In this document: piece by piece, positions 31,038 to 40,815 of the stretch
Position numbering within the stretch: the first letter of the stretch is position 1
How the letters are laid out: each line of letters begins with the position of its first letter
DNA from: a virus
IMG/VR virus record: IMGVR_UViG_3300042874_000086
Coordinates: 25,673-89,672 of that record
Length of the DNA: 64,000 bases
Strand: one strand, 5' to 3'
Notes under the pieces: generated by a model
Databases searched by the model: none
Seen by the model: only the letters and a program-made list of their open reading frames with translations
Told to the model about the DNA's origin: nothing
Translations under genes and position numbers: made by a program

Positions 31038-31271
31038 ATGACTACTGAACAAAGTAAACAAGCTATTTCTTTAATAGCACAGGTGGCACATAAAAATCCT
31101 AAGGATTTTTCAGTTTACATTCCTTTATCTGCTTATAGAATGGATTCTTTAGATATGATAAGTGCCATAACCGCTATTGAGGAGGCTTTTAATATAAAAG
31201 TTCCTGATTCTGTCTTACCAGGTTTTAACTGTGGTAGTGATATTTTAGATTATTTAGAAGAGGTCGTATGA
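31038..31271 (+). CDS. Acyl carrier protein
   Basis: MDSLDMISAITAIEEAFNIKVPD phosphopantetheine motif; 77 aa, acidic. Confidence 0.8.
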   Translation: MTTEQSKQAISLIAQVAHKNPKDFSVYIPLSAYRMDSLDMISAITAIEEAFNIKVPDSVLPGFNCGSDILDYLEEVV

Positions 31272-32248
31272 CCTCTTTGTTTGTGGCTGATATACACCTC
31301 AATTTACGCTCAAATAAAGAGTGGGAACAATCAAGATTTTTAACATTGTTTAAACACCTAGCAAATCATACCGCGGATACAATTATTTTGGGTGGTGATA
31401 TCTTTGATTTACCTAAGCCCTCTTTAGAAGAAATAAATACATTCTATACTGGTATTGGGTATTTAAAAGATAAGACTGTATATTTGATTTCAGGTAACCA
31501 TGAGAATTTGTCTGAGACTAAAACAGTTTTTGACTATTTACCCCACGTCGGATTTATTTACCTAGAGAATACTATGTTATCTGTTAAGGGGTATGATTTA
31601 TATTTTGTGTCACATATCAAATGTAAACAAATTGTGGAATATAAAAAAGAACTAAGCTCATCACGAAAAAATATTTTATTTTCCCACTTTAGGGCAAATT
31701 ACGGAACTTTTATTAAAGGGGAAATTGATGTTAAGGAAGTTTCAGATATTTTTGATTTCTGCTTTGTTGGTGATATTCATCATGTGTACAGTCCTTACCA
31801 TAACGTTTACTATCCTAGTAGCCCATATGGAATACACTACGAGGTAGCTCGTGATTATGGCGTATACGTAATAGACTTTGGGGTAGAATTTAAGTTTACT
31901 TGGGAGAGATTACATCTACCCTCTAAAATTTTAGTAGAAACTACCGAGGATACTATAGATTTATCAGGATTGGATGAAAACAATAGGTATAAAGTGGTGG
32001 TAAAAGGTAGTCCTAGTACTAAAATTACCTCCACTTTGATGAAAGACACACGAGTAGCTTCTTTTGATTATAAACCAACTGAAGTAGAGGATACTGAGGA
32101 GTTTGAGAAATTAGTTGATGAGCTTTCCTCTCATATTGAAGAAGATATTACTGATACTATTATAAAGTTGGTAAAGAGCACTGACTTTGTATTAGATGAA
32201 GAAACAGAAAAATATTTAAAGGCGGTAATGTTAGATGTTAGAAATTAA
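31268..32248 (+). CDS. SbcD/Mre11-like nuclease
   Basis: ADIH, GGDIFD, SGNHE, FSH, GDIH metallophosphoesterase motifs. Confidence 0.88.
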   Translation: MTSLFVADIHLNLRSNKEWEQSRFLTLFKHLANHTADTIILGGDIFDLPKPSLEEINTFYTGIGYLKDKTVYLISGNHENLSETKTVFDYLPHVGFIYLENTMLSVKGYDLYFVSHIKCKQIVEYKKELSSSRKNILFSHFRANYGTFIKGEIDVKEVSDIFDFCFVGDIHHVYSPYHNVYYPSSPYGIHYEVARDYGVYVIDFGVEFKFTWERLHLPSKILVETTEDTIDLSGLDENNRYKVVVKGSPSTKITSTLMKDTRVASFDYKPTEVEDTEEFEKLVDELSSHIEEDITDTIIKLVKSTDFVLDEETEKYLKAVMLDVRN

Positions 32249-33911
32249 GACACTAAAAGTATCTAACTATTACTCAATAGGGGAGGTAGAGTTATCCCTT
32301 CAAAAAGGTTTACATTACATAGTTGGAATAAATAAAGACATAGAGACTATCTCGGTAGCTTCTAATGGTGCTGGTAAAACTGCTATATTTTCTGCTATAT
32401 ACCAAGGATTATTTAATAAGAATATTAAGAACCCTAAAGGTGTTATTGAATCTGTAAATAATTCTGTGACTGGAAAGCCCTATAGTGTAGAGATAACATT
32501 TAGTAAAGAAGGGGACGCAGATTATAAGATTACCAACGATAGGAACAACAATAAAATAACCATTGAGCGCAACTCAAAAGAGATTCAAGTAAAGGGTATA
32601 GCAAACCAGCTTAAACAAATAAAAGATATTATTGGATTAGATTTCGAGACCTTTTCTGCTTTAACTTACATAAGCCAAAGTACTTTACAAGCTATTTTAG
32701 ATACCACCAATAAGGATAATATTCTTTACCAGTTCTTTAATGTGGAAACTATACATAAAGCTGAAGGTTTACTTAAAGATGAGCGTAAGGAGCTTAAAAA
32801 TACTAGAAACTTATTAATAGCTAGATTAAGAGGTGCTGAGAAGAATTTATCTATATTGACGGGTTTTGAGAGAGTAGACCTTGACGAGCTTGAGAGTAAC
32901 CTTAAGATTTTGACCGAGTCTTTACTATCCCTTACTAAAGATAAAAGACACATACAAGTAAAGATGTTGTCTCAACAGACTTATAAACTTAGGGAAGAGA
33001 AAGCAGTCTTAAACGCTGAGGGTATTGGACTAAAAGTACAGTTTGACCACCTACAAAAACAGCAAGAACTTTTATCTCAGAAAATTTGCCCCGTGTGTGG
33101 GTCTGATACCGAGGGAATGGACTTACATTTCCTAGACGAACTTATTACTTTAGAGAAAGCTATGGATGGGCTACGGGAGGAACTCCGAGAAAAATCTGAA
33201 TATTTAAAAATGTTAGAAGGTAAATTAACTGGTTTTGAGGATAGCTTAAGGGATGATGAAAATTCTATAGTTACTAAAATAAATCAAGTTAAATCAAAAA
33301 TTCTAGTAGTATCAGAACAAAATTCACAGTATGAAAAGATTAAGTTTCAAAAACAAGAAATAGAGTCTGATATAGCTAGTATTTATTCCGATATGGGTAG
33401 CCTGGATAAAAAATTAGGTGCTATAGAACAGTGTATTAACCTAATTAAAAATGGAGCACTTGTTAATGAATACCTTAATAAGTTTAGGAAGGTATTTGTA
33501 TCAGTTTTAAAAGAACTTATGCAGAAAACTGACTTCGGTATTACTATAAATGTGTCCGTATCTTCTGGTAAGTTATCTTACAGATTTTTTGACCGAGGTA
33601 TCGAGAAGGGGTTCAATGATTTGTCTGCTGGGGAAAAGACCAGAGTATCCCTTGTGTTGTTAATTTCAACAATTTTTACTCTAGAAAAAGTAACTGGTTT
33701 TTCTAGTAACTATTTAGTTATTGATGAGATGTTGGGAGTGCTAGATGAGGAGGGTATTGAGATGATTAAAAAGTTTCTTGAGATTATTCGTCAAGATAAA
33801 GCAGTATACTTAATAACACATCACAATGAGATACCTATAGAATTTTTTGATTCTACTATTACCTTCATAAAAGAAAAGGGTATAACCAGCTTACAAAAGG
33901 ATGTTAAATGA
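32235..33911 (+). CDS. SbcC/Rad50-like ATPase
   Basis: SNGAGKT, CPVCG zinc hook, LSAGEK, LVIDE...LD, ITH. Confidence 0.92.
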   Translation: MLEIKTLKVSNYYSIGEVELSLQKGLHYIVGINKDIETISVASNGAGKTAIFSAIYQGLFNKNIKNPKGVIESVNNSVTGKPYSVEITFSKEGDADYKITNDRNNNKITIERNSKEIQVKGIANQLKQIKDIIGLDFETFSALTYISQSTLQAILDTTNKDNILYQFFNVETIHKAEGLLKDERKELKNTRNLLIARLRGAEKNLSILTGFERVDLDELESNLKILTESLLSLTKDKRHIQVKMLSQQTYKLREEKAVLNAEGIGLKVQFDHLQKQQELLSQKICPVCGSDTEGMDLHFLDELITLEKAMDGLREELREKSEYLKMLEGKLTGFEDSLRDDENSIVTKINQVKSKILVVSEQNSQYEKIKFQKQEIESDIASIYSDMGSLDKKLGAIEQCINLIKNGALVNEYLNKFRKVFVSVLKELMQKTDFGITINVSVSSGKLSYRFFDRGIEKGFNDLSAGEKTRVSLVLLISTIFTLEKVTGFSSNYLVIDEMLGVLDEEGIEMIKKFLEIIRQDKAVYLITHHNEIPIEFFDSTITFIKEKGITSLQKDVK

Positions 33912-34477
33912 CCGCGGATATACCTAAAGATGATTATGAGTTTGTACAGAAGATTGCTTATAAGTACTTTCTACGAAGTAACTACTACGTAGAGTTGGAT
34001 GATTTAGTCCAAGAGGGTATGTTAGCTTATATCAAAGAGCGTGAGAAGTATGATGAGACTCGTAATAATTTCTTTATGGGCTACGCTTATTTAAGGGTAA
34101 GTGGAGCTATTAAAGACTACATAGGTAAAAACTCACCCAGAGGTGGGGCTACTGTACGCCCCAATTCTTCGGTAGTTAATAAAGAGGTTTATAATTTTTC
34201 CTCTATAGGATTAGACGAGAATGACTTTGAGGACACTTTCTCTCTTACTGTTGAAGATGAAATAGTTAAACAACAATACTTTGAGGAATTCTATAGGTAC
34301 TTAGGGACTTTAACTAACCTAGAAACGAGGGTATTATATGAGTATTTTATTCTCCAAAATTCGGTTGTAAAAATATCTGAACGAGTTAAAATGAGTAGGA
34401 TAAAACTTAAAAAGATACTAAATGCCTGCTTATACCACATGAAGAGTTACTTTCAAATAGACGATTATATAGTATAA
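33908..34477 (+). CDS. RNA polymerase sigma factor, FliA/WhiG-like
   Basis: VELDDLVQEGMLA...KYD...FMGYAYLRVSGAIKDY (region 2) and a C-terminal region 4 HTH. Confidence 0.85.
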   Translation: MTADIPKDDYEFVQKIAYKYFLRSNYYVELDDLVQEGMLAYIKEREKYDETRNNFFMGYAYLRVSGAIKDYIGKNSPRGGATVRPNSSVVNKEVYNFSSIGLDENDFEDTFSLTVEDEIVKQQYFEEFYRYLGTLTNLETRVLYEYFILQNSVVKISERVKMSRIKLKKILNACLYHMKSYFQIDDYIV

Positions 34478-34497
34478 GACTATATAAGAGAGTAACT

Positions 34498-35901
34498 ATG
34501 AATGAGTACAAAGTAATAGCCCAAATTAAAACATCCATCCCCTCCAAAGCTCAAGAGGCTTTTAAAAATGCTCTTGAGCTTTACCCAGAGCTTTTAATAG
34601 TTCTATCCTCCTTTGAGATACAAAACCCCTACAATATTTCTTTATCAATAAGACCTACCCGTAACCCTTTAAATGTTAGTTTATTAGAGGGGTTAGCTAG
34701 GGTATGTTATTGGTTAACCTTATCAGATGAAAAGGCGGCCAAGTCCGAGTTTGTTAAATTAAGTACCGAGCAACAGCAAATAATTTACGGACTCTTCAAA
34801 GGGCACTTCCAAAGGTATGTTGGTAGAGATTTTATGTTAGATAATATCCCAAAATTGTATGAATTGCAGGATTTATATGCGTCTTTTATAAAACTGCCCA
34901 GCAAACTTGAAAGTGACTTTGAGGAACATTTAGAGGGTATTAAAAAAGATTTCGATTTATCAAAAGCTAAGTTACCAGTACATATGATTATTATACCAAA
35001 AAGTAGCCGTAAGAGTTCTAAAATATACTACATTATTAAGAAAGGTAACTCAATTCATAGTAATCTTAGTAATAACCTTATACGGGAGTACTTTAAGAAT
35101 AATTTTCACTACGCCAGTTTTGGGTGTATCTTTCTATATAGTAAAGTTGCGAATAGAAGATACGGTAAGCACATTATACCTATCTGTTTCAGTCTAGAAT
35201 ACAGAAGTATACTGGAGTTATATAAAGGAAATACCGAAGTAAAATTAGAGGGTATCATTTTTGATACCAAAAAGTACTTCCCAGAAATAAAATCAAACTA
35301 CATTGACGTTAAATTCCCACAAACAAAATTATTAGGTACCTCAGAAGTATTTGAACAACATCTTAGAGGTGCTAAGGAAAATAACTTATTAGTATTCTCA
35401 AATGGAATTGTAAAGATTAACTTCATTACTAAATATAGGTCTGTAAAGGTTGCTGATTTTATTTTAGATGATGAATTCATACCTATAGGACTACTTACAG
35501 TAGAGGGCACTAAACATTTTATAAATATATCTAACGACTTTGTGGAGGGGGGACTTGATAATAGGTATATTACAGTAACCGATAGATTTTTGGGTAATAT
35601 TAAGGTAAGTACCAAGTTATTTGATATTCAAGGAAAAGGCTTATTTCAATGTAATCATTGCGGTGCAGTTACTAAAACAAATATCAAAGGGTTATGTAGT
35701 AGTTGTTATAGTAGATTTCATAACATAGCAGAGTTTTGTGGGGAGGGTATTACGATACCAGAGGGGTCTTTGAATCCATTCAATATAAAATTATGCAAGT
35801 GCGATATTAAGGGTGATTCTGAACTAACTTTTATTATTAATTATGAGAACGTAATAGGAAAGCAATTAAGCCTTCCTATTTATGAGTATTGGGTAGGGTA
35901 G
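34498..35901 (+). CDS. Hypothetical protein with C-terminal Cys cluster
   Basis: 467 aa; CNHC..GLCSSCY. Confidence 0.6.
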   Translation: MNEYKVIAQIKTSIPSKAQEAFKNALELYPELLIVLSSFEIQNPYNISLSIRPTRNPLNVSLLEGLARVCYWLTLSDEKAAKSEFVKLSTEQQQIIYGLFKGHFQRYVGRDFMLDNIPKLYELQDLYASFIKLPSKLESDFEEHLEGIKKDFDLSKAKLPVHMIIIPKSSRKSSKIYYIIKKGNSIHSNLSNNLIREYFKNNFHYASFGCIFLYSKVANRRYGKHIIPICFSLEYRSILELYKGNTEVKLEGIIFDTKKYFPEIKSNYIDVKFPQTKLLGTSEVFEQHLRGAKENNLLVFSNGIVKINFITKYRSVKVADFILDDEFIPIGLLTVEGTKHFINISNDFVEGGLDNRYITVTDRFLGNIKVSTKLFDIQGKGLFQCNHCGAVTKTNIKGLCSSCYSRFHNIAEFCGEGITIPEGSLNPFNIKLCKCDIKGDSELTFIINYENVIGKQLSLPIYEYWVG

Positions 35902-35904
35902 AGT

Positions 35905-36165
35905 TTATAACCCTTTCTGTATTACATAGTCACCACAAGACTCACAAGGTTCATCGTCAGAATAGGTAATTTCACCAAAGCCATCTACTAAGTACCTAAT
36001 ATTATTTTCGTATTCATCTTTGGTAAATTGGATACCCTGTAGTGTTACACATAGAGCTTGCCAGGCTTCTGTAAGCTCTTCAATACTTAAGTCATCTAGA
36101 CTCTTTCCTTTATATGTTGTCCAGAACGCTGTGCAGCCGCTGCTTGTTTCAAAATCCTTCATCAA
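35905..36165 (-). CDS. Hypothetical protein (Zn-binding motif)
   Basis: SGCTA...PCESCGD. Confidence 0.55.
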   Translation of the reverse strand: MMKDFETSSGCTAFWTTYKGKSLDDLSIEELTEAWQALCVTLQGIQFTKDEYENNIRYLVDGFGEITYSDDEPCESCGDYVIQKGL

Positions 36166-36347
36166 TCTTCCTCCTCATATACTTCTATACCATTACCCCA
36201 GAGAATTTGTATATCGTCTGGTGATAACACCCCCAACTCAATAACACAATCCCCGTCTGAACAAGATATGTAAGCGGTACCCCAGCCCGCAAATACATCA
36301 ACATGAACACTACAATCCATTCCTAAATAATATGATAGGTTTTTCAC
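36162..36347 (-). CDS. Hypothetical protein
   Basis: AAGGAG RBS; overlaps the downstream gene start. Confidence 0.45.
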   Translation of the reverse strand: MKNLSYYLGMDCSVHVDVFAGWGTAYISCSDGDCVIELGVLSPDDIQILWGNGIEVYEEED

Positions 36348-36386
36348 ATTTTAATTCTCCTTAATATGTTAAAGGCTTCTTTAAGT

Positions 36387-37262
36387 TTATTTACTAATGA
36401 ATTCATTATAGTCTTTACAATCACTCGTGTAGAATGGTACTAAGTCTTTTAAAAGTCGGGCGTGTTTAATCTCAAAGTAATCTGAAAGGTCGCTCTGAAG
36501 ATATTTTATAACTGCCTCTTGTCCTACTTTATCTTGGTCAAACATCAAGTAGATAGTTTCAACTCCTTGCTTTAACAACTGTGATATTTTATCAGCCCCA
36601 AAGGTGTTATTAACCCCAAAGTTGAAGATTGCTGGAATACCACTTTGAACTAAAGACAGGGCGTCCATAACACCCTCACAAAGTACTATATAGGGGGTAT
36701 AAGGTTCTACAGGTGGGTATATTAAACTATATACATTTAACCCTTTAGAATACTTGTACTTCTGCATACCATCCTTGATTTCCCCTAGTGCCCTAGAGTT
36801 AAACGCTATAGGTGTTCCATCATAATCAGGCATAGGGAATATAATACGGTCTTCAAAATGGCCGTAATCACAGAAATATAACCCATATTTAGTCATGGTT
36901 TCTTTTGTAAGACCCCTCCAAACTTCTGGAAGTTCCTTTTCTGAATGAGGGGGAAATAAAACATTTACTTTTTCTTTCTCCCCAGTCTTAGAAAAGATTT
37001 CTTCCACTTTCTTATAGAGAGATTGGCGCATAATGTCATCTACCATATCTTCATCTTCAACATCAAACAACCAAAACTTCTTATTTATCTTATAAGAACA
37101 ACTAAAACAAATTCCATACCCGTTTTCTAGGTTTACTGAAAAGGATGGGTGCTTATCTTGGTGGTTTGGATTAAAACAAGTGGTAAGTATAAATCCCTTA
37201 CCAGACGGTTGAATAGGTTTACCAAGCCCTTTTATCTTTGCTTCAATTATTTCTTTTAACAT
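36387..37262 (-). CDS. DNA primase (CHC2 Zn finger + Toprim)
   Basis: CFNPNHQDKHPSF..CFSC, RIIFP, LCEGVMDALS, FDQDKVG, KDYNE. Confidence 0.92.
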   Translation of the reverse strand: MLKEIIEAKIKGLGKPIQPSGKGFILTTCFNPNHQDKHPSFSVNLENGYGICFSCSYKINKKFWLFDVEDEDMVDDIMRQSLYKKVEEIFSKTGEKEKVNVLFPPHSEKELPEVWRGLTKETMTKYGLYFCDYGHFEDRIIFPMPDYDGTPIAFNSRALGEIKDGMQKYKYSKGLNVYSLIYPPVEPYTPYIVLCEGVMDALSLVQSGIPAIFNFGVNNTFGADKISQLLKQGVETIYLMFDQDKVGQEAVIKYLQSDLSDYFEIKHARLLKDLVPFYTSDCKDYNEFISK

Positions 37263-37304
37263 TCGGTCTCCTTTACTACGGTTATATTATAACATACTTT
37301 TAGC

Positions 37305-37371
37305 GAGTTCGCAAAGCTTCGAGCTAACCTTCGGGTTCGCTAAAGGTATTTTAAGGAAGCTTTGCGAACTC
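37305..37371. repeat. 16-bp perfect inverted repeat enclosing a UUCG-type hairpin
   Basis: GAGTTCGCAAAGCTTC (37305-37320) and GAAGCTTTGCGAACTC (37356-37371); inner AACC-TTCG-GGTT. Confidence 0.85.
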
Positions 37372-37406
37372 TTCCTCAATTTGCCTAATTTTTATTAGGA
37401 ACTTCC

Positions 37407-37814
37407 ATGCCTAAACTTAATAAAGTAGAGATAATTTGCCCAATACGTGGTAGTTTTTTACAACAGCCTAATAATCACCTACAGGGGAAGGGCTGTAGTA
37501 ATTGTCAAAAGAATGGGTTTCAGAAGGCACTCCCAGCTACTTTATATTACTTAAAAGTTACTTCTGGGGATACTGTACTATACAAAATAGGTATTACAAA
37601 TAGAACAGTTAAACAAAGGTATACCACAACAAACCATAACTTAATAAATATAGTATTTATTAAGGAGTTTAAAAGTGGTTTAGATTGTTATAATGAAGAG
37701 CAGCGGTTACTTAAAAAGTATAAAGACTACCTATATAAAGGAAGCCCTATACTGAGCTCTGGCAACACAGAACTTTTTACAAAGGATATTATGTGTCTAG
37801 AATACATTACATAA
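37407..37814 (+). CDS. Free-standing GIY-YIG-like (T5orf172/MUG113-type) endonuclease with Zn finger
   Basis: ICPIRGSF.QQPNNHLQGKGC..C; LYYLK..YKIGITNR..QRY; GNTELF. Confidence 0.7.
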   Translation: MPKLNKVEIICPIRGSFLQQPNNHLQGKGCSNCQKNGFQKALPATLYYLKVTSGDTVLYKIGITNRTVKQRYTTTNHNLINIVFIKEFKSGLDCYNEEQRLLKKYKDYLYKGSPILSSGNTELFTKDIMCLEYIT

Positions 37815-39030
37815 TAATATCAGTAGAATTAAACCGCATATGGGAGAAATCAGTACCAAGTATGTAAGTAGCTTTAGCACTATTTCTACTTTTGATAGTA
37901 AATACCCTAAGAACTTTTTCAGCGTACTCTTCTTTAGATGCATACAAATGTAAGAACAAAGTAGACGAAAATTCGAGTTCTTTTGACCCCCTGGGGGATA
38001 CGGTAATTTCATCACCCTCCAACTTTACATCAGTCATATTTACTTGTATAGGTGTCAAAATGACTATTGAAAGTTCCATCGTTAACTGATGTAATAGCTT
38101 AACTAGGTGGCTAAGTTGTTTCCAATCTTCCCCAACCCCAGTCATCTCCACTAACTGAATGTAATCAAGTACAAATAGTTGAATACCAATACTTGCCTGC
38201 TCTCTAATGGTTGTTTCTATTTCATCTGCTGAATACCTTATACTCTTAATATTAAATGCAACATCCCCAGAAAAATATTTTTGTTTCCATGAATTTACAC
38301 CCGCCACTACTACTGGGTCTGTATTACCATAAATATCTGAAAAGTTCTGACCAGTAGCATGACTATACATTCTTGATATATACTCAGTCTCCCCAAGTTC
38401 TAAATTTAATATACATGTAGGTATATTATCTACTTTAAAGGAGTATAAAGCTTGCTGTAACGCAAAGATAGACTTACCTTGTCCACTACCCGCTGATATT
38501 AAAGATAAGCCACCAAACTCCAGCCCATTACTCCTCATTGCAGAATCCCAAGGGTCTATTGTTTTAATTTTAGACGGTTCATATGTAATATCTAAAATAC
38601 TAGCAGGGGTCTTATTGGATGATGTTGTGGCTGTCTGAAGTGTATTTAATAGCAAACGTACATCTGCTATATTACGCTCTTTAGAAGCCTCTACAAGTTT
38701 CTCTAAATTCTGTTCAACCGAAGTAATAACATGGGCGTCCGCCAAGTTCTTTTTTAATTCTTCTGCACTTGGAATCTCTTTATCATAAAGCTCAAAACCC
38801 TCCAACATGCCTACGTACATTTCAGATTTATCTGCGGGTAATTGTATTTTCATAGCCTCGGCTAATACAGACACTTCAGGGATTTTTCCAAACTTATGGA
38901 AGTAACTTTTAAGTGCCTTGAAGATTACTTTGTGGCTGCCTCTATGGAATACTTTTTGGTCTAGTGATAGGAGTAATTTAATTTCCTTATGTCTCAATAA
39001 ACGTATTAATACTAACCTTTCAAAGTTCAT
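37807..39030 (-). CDS. DnaB-like replicative helicase
   Basis: AGSGQGKS, LNLELG, VLDYIQL, PIQVN, RGSKELE, KSRN. Confidence 0.9.
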   Translation of the reverse strand: MNFERLVLIRLLRHKEIKLLLSLDQKVFHRGSHKVIFKALKSYFHKFGKIPEVSVLAEAMKIQLPADKSEMYVGMLEGFELYDKEIPSAEELKKNLADAHVITSVEQNLEKLVEASKERNIADVRLLLNTLQTATTSSNKTPASILDITYEPSKIKTIDPWDSAMRSNGLEFGGLSLISAGSGQGKSIFALQQALYSFKVDNIPTCILNLELGETEYISRMYSHATGQNFSDIYGNTDPVVVAGVNSWKQKYFSGDVAFNIKSIRYSADEIETTIREQASIGIQLFVLDYIQLVEMTGVGEDWKQLSHLVKLLHQLTMELSIVILTPIQVNMTDVKLEGDEITVSPRGSKELEFSSTLFLHLYASKEEYAEKVLRVFTIKSRNSAKATYILGTDFSHMRFNSTDIIM

Positions 39031-39072
39031 TTATACTCCTTTAAATTTACCTAATAATACTAAAAGGGGGCT

Positions 39073-39656
39073 TTAAAGCCCCTTAATAGTTTTTAACACT
39101 TCTTCAATATCACTAATTGAAGCACTATTATTTAGTGTGTGTACTTCTTTCTCATTCAAACCAATGTCTAACTCAGCTTCAAGTTTTATTAACTGGTCTG
39201 GTCGGTAGTCCTCACACAAAATAGGAATCAAAGTAGTATTAACCCAAGCTACTGTTTCTGCGGTATCTTCAATGTAAAACTTAATAGAGTCGTGAACAGT
39301 ATTAGTTATTAATACTTCATTAATCTTATTATGCTTTTCTATCTCACTTTGGAACTTATGTAGTCCTCTTAGTGTTAAGAAGTTACCCGATTGTATCTTA
39401 AAGTTACTAGCTACACGCTCCTCTTTAGAACGTACATACTCATCCTTAGCGTTAATAGAGGCTAATTTAAGGCGTAACCCAGAGAACCTAGAGGTAACAT
39501 ACCCTACACCCAAAGCCTCTTGTACTGCAAGTTTATTATATTCCCTCGTAGGGGCATATAAATCCCAGTAGTTATTAAAAATCTCTTGCCCTTCTTGTAG
39601 AGGTATTCCTAGCTGACTAGCAACTTTCTTCGCCGAACTTCCGTAGTTCAATCCGA
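39073..39656 (-). CDS. polA: Family A DNA polymerase, exon 3
   Basis: (F)GLNYG end of motif B; ERVASNFKIQS; TVHDSI motif C. Confidence 0.9.
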
Positions 39657-40676
39657 CCTGGTGTTCAGGTAGGCTCGTTAGTTCCTACCCCGCAAAATTA
39701 CTTGCGGCTACATATTTCTATATAGAGCAGACTATATCTTCACCCCTTTCGGGGGCTATACGTTTCGGGGTACTTACCCCTACTTCCTTTCGGAATAGTC
39801 GTTGAGGTTAAGACTTAACCCAGAAATACCCATAAGCAGATTTTTGTCTACCACTCAGTACATTAGATATGGGACCAGCTGATTTTACTTTTAAGTATTG
39901 TACCGCCTCGGTAATATTATTAAAAATTTTAATAATATTACCATTTGTCTTATCTATCATATTTAACGTGATATCTTGTCTCTTGCTCATACCTGCGTTT
40001 TTGGCTCTTACTAATTTTTGAGAAATTAAAGAATTCTCGTAATCCTTAATAATACCTAAACGCTCTGCCGCTTCTCTAAGATGGTAACTAAGTTGTGTTA
40101 ACCCCTGATTAGTTGAATTACTAATTGAAGTTAAAGTTTCTCCAAGTAAAAATCTGTTTACTAGAATATCTTCATACTCACTTAACTGATATTTTCTTCT
40201 ATAGGGTTGTAGCCCACTGCTATATGCGTGAGCCATGTTTTCACTAAAGGTAGCCCACTCCAAATTACTAATAAAGTTATTTGTTTTGTCCCCGTCTATA
40301 TGATTAACAGTTTTCTTCCCCTCAGGGTTTGGTATAAAAGCTTCTGCCACTATTCTATGTATATACAGATTCTTGTTACTCCCATGTTCAGATATAGATA
40401 CACAAGGGTACCCAATCTTACTAACCCAAATACTCTTAGATTTGCCTGTTTCTGTGTTAATAACTTCCCCATCAACATTTATAGTGTGATGGGTACATCC
40501 ATTAATTAATCTTACCATATTAAAACTCCTTACTTTTGTTATAATCGTAACTAGTTTTAACTTAGGCAAAAGTTAAAGTCTTAACCTGCTGATTGCCTAC
40601 AACATCACTTGTTTAGGTGTTCCAGCATATGTATAGTTTTCTTCTACGTATTACTACGCAGTGACGCCTAAATTTA
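39657..40676 (-). ncRNA. Group I intron 2 in polA (1020 nt)
   Basis: 5' exon ACGU pairs with GCGU (U.G at splice site). P AUAUGCUGGAA, Q AAUCAGCAGG, R UCAACGACUA, S AAGAUAUAGUCU; terminal G. Splicing restores KSITF-GLNYG. Confidence 0.9.
39808..40518 (-). CDS. Intron-encoded HNH homing endonuclease (HNH + NUMOD1)
   Basis: IHRIVAEAFIPNPEGKKTVNHIDGDKTNN..SNLEW...EN; C-terminal ISNVLSGRQKSAYGYFW. AAGGAG RBS before ATG 40518. Confidence 0.92.
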   Translation of the reverse strand: MVRLINGCTHHTINVDGEVINTETGKSKSIWVSKIGYPCVSISEHGSNKNLYIHRIVAEAFIPNPEGKKTVNHIDGDKTNNFISNLEWATFSENMAHAYSSGLQPYRRKYQLSEYEDILVNRFLLGETLTSISNSTNQGLTQLSYHLREAAERLGIIKDYENSLISQKLVRAKNAGMSKRQDITLNMIDKTNGNIIKIFNNITEAVQYLKVKSAGPISNVLSGRQKSAYGYFWVKS

Positions 40677-40815
40677 ACGTAATTGATTTACCTTTTTGTC
40701 TAAGGTCTGGAGCTTCTTTCTTAATTCTGTTAACTGAGTTTGCATTAGTAACATCTAGGAGTAACCCACGTTCTTCTAATTCACCTTTAAAATACGCACA
40801 GGCATTAAGGCTATG
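40677..40815 (-). CDS. polA: Family A DNA polymerase, exon 2 (46 codons + 1 nt)
   Basis: HSLNACAYF...LRQKGKSIT, including the start of motif B (R..K). Confidence 0.88.

Noticed and set aside
40603-40615. AAACAAGTGAT in intron 2 matching part of the 31-bp repeat
   Set aside because: Only 11 bp, inside an intron stem-loop; compatible with chance.
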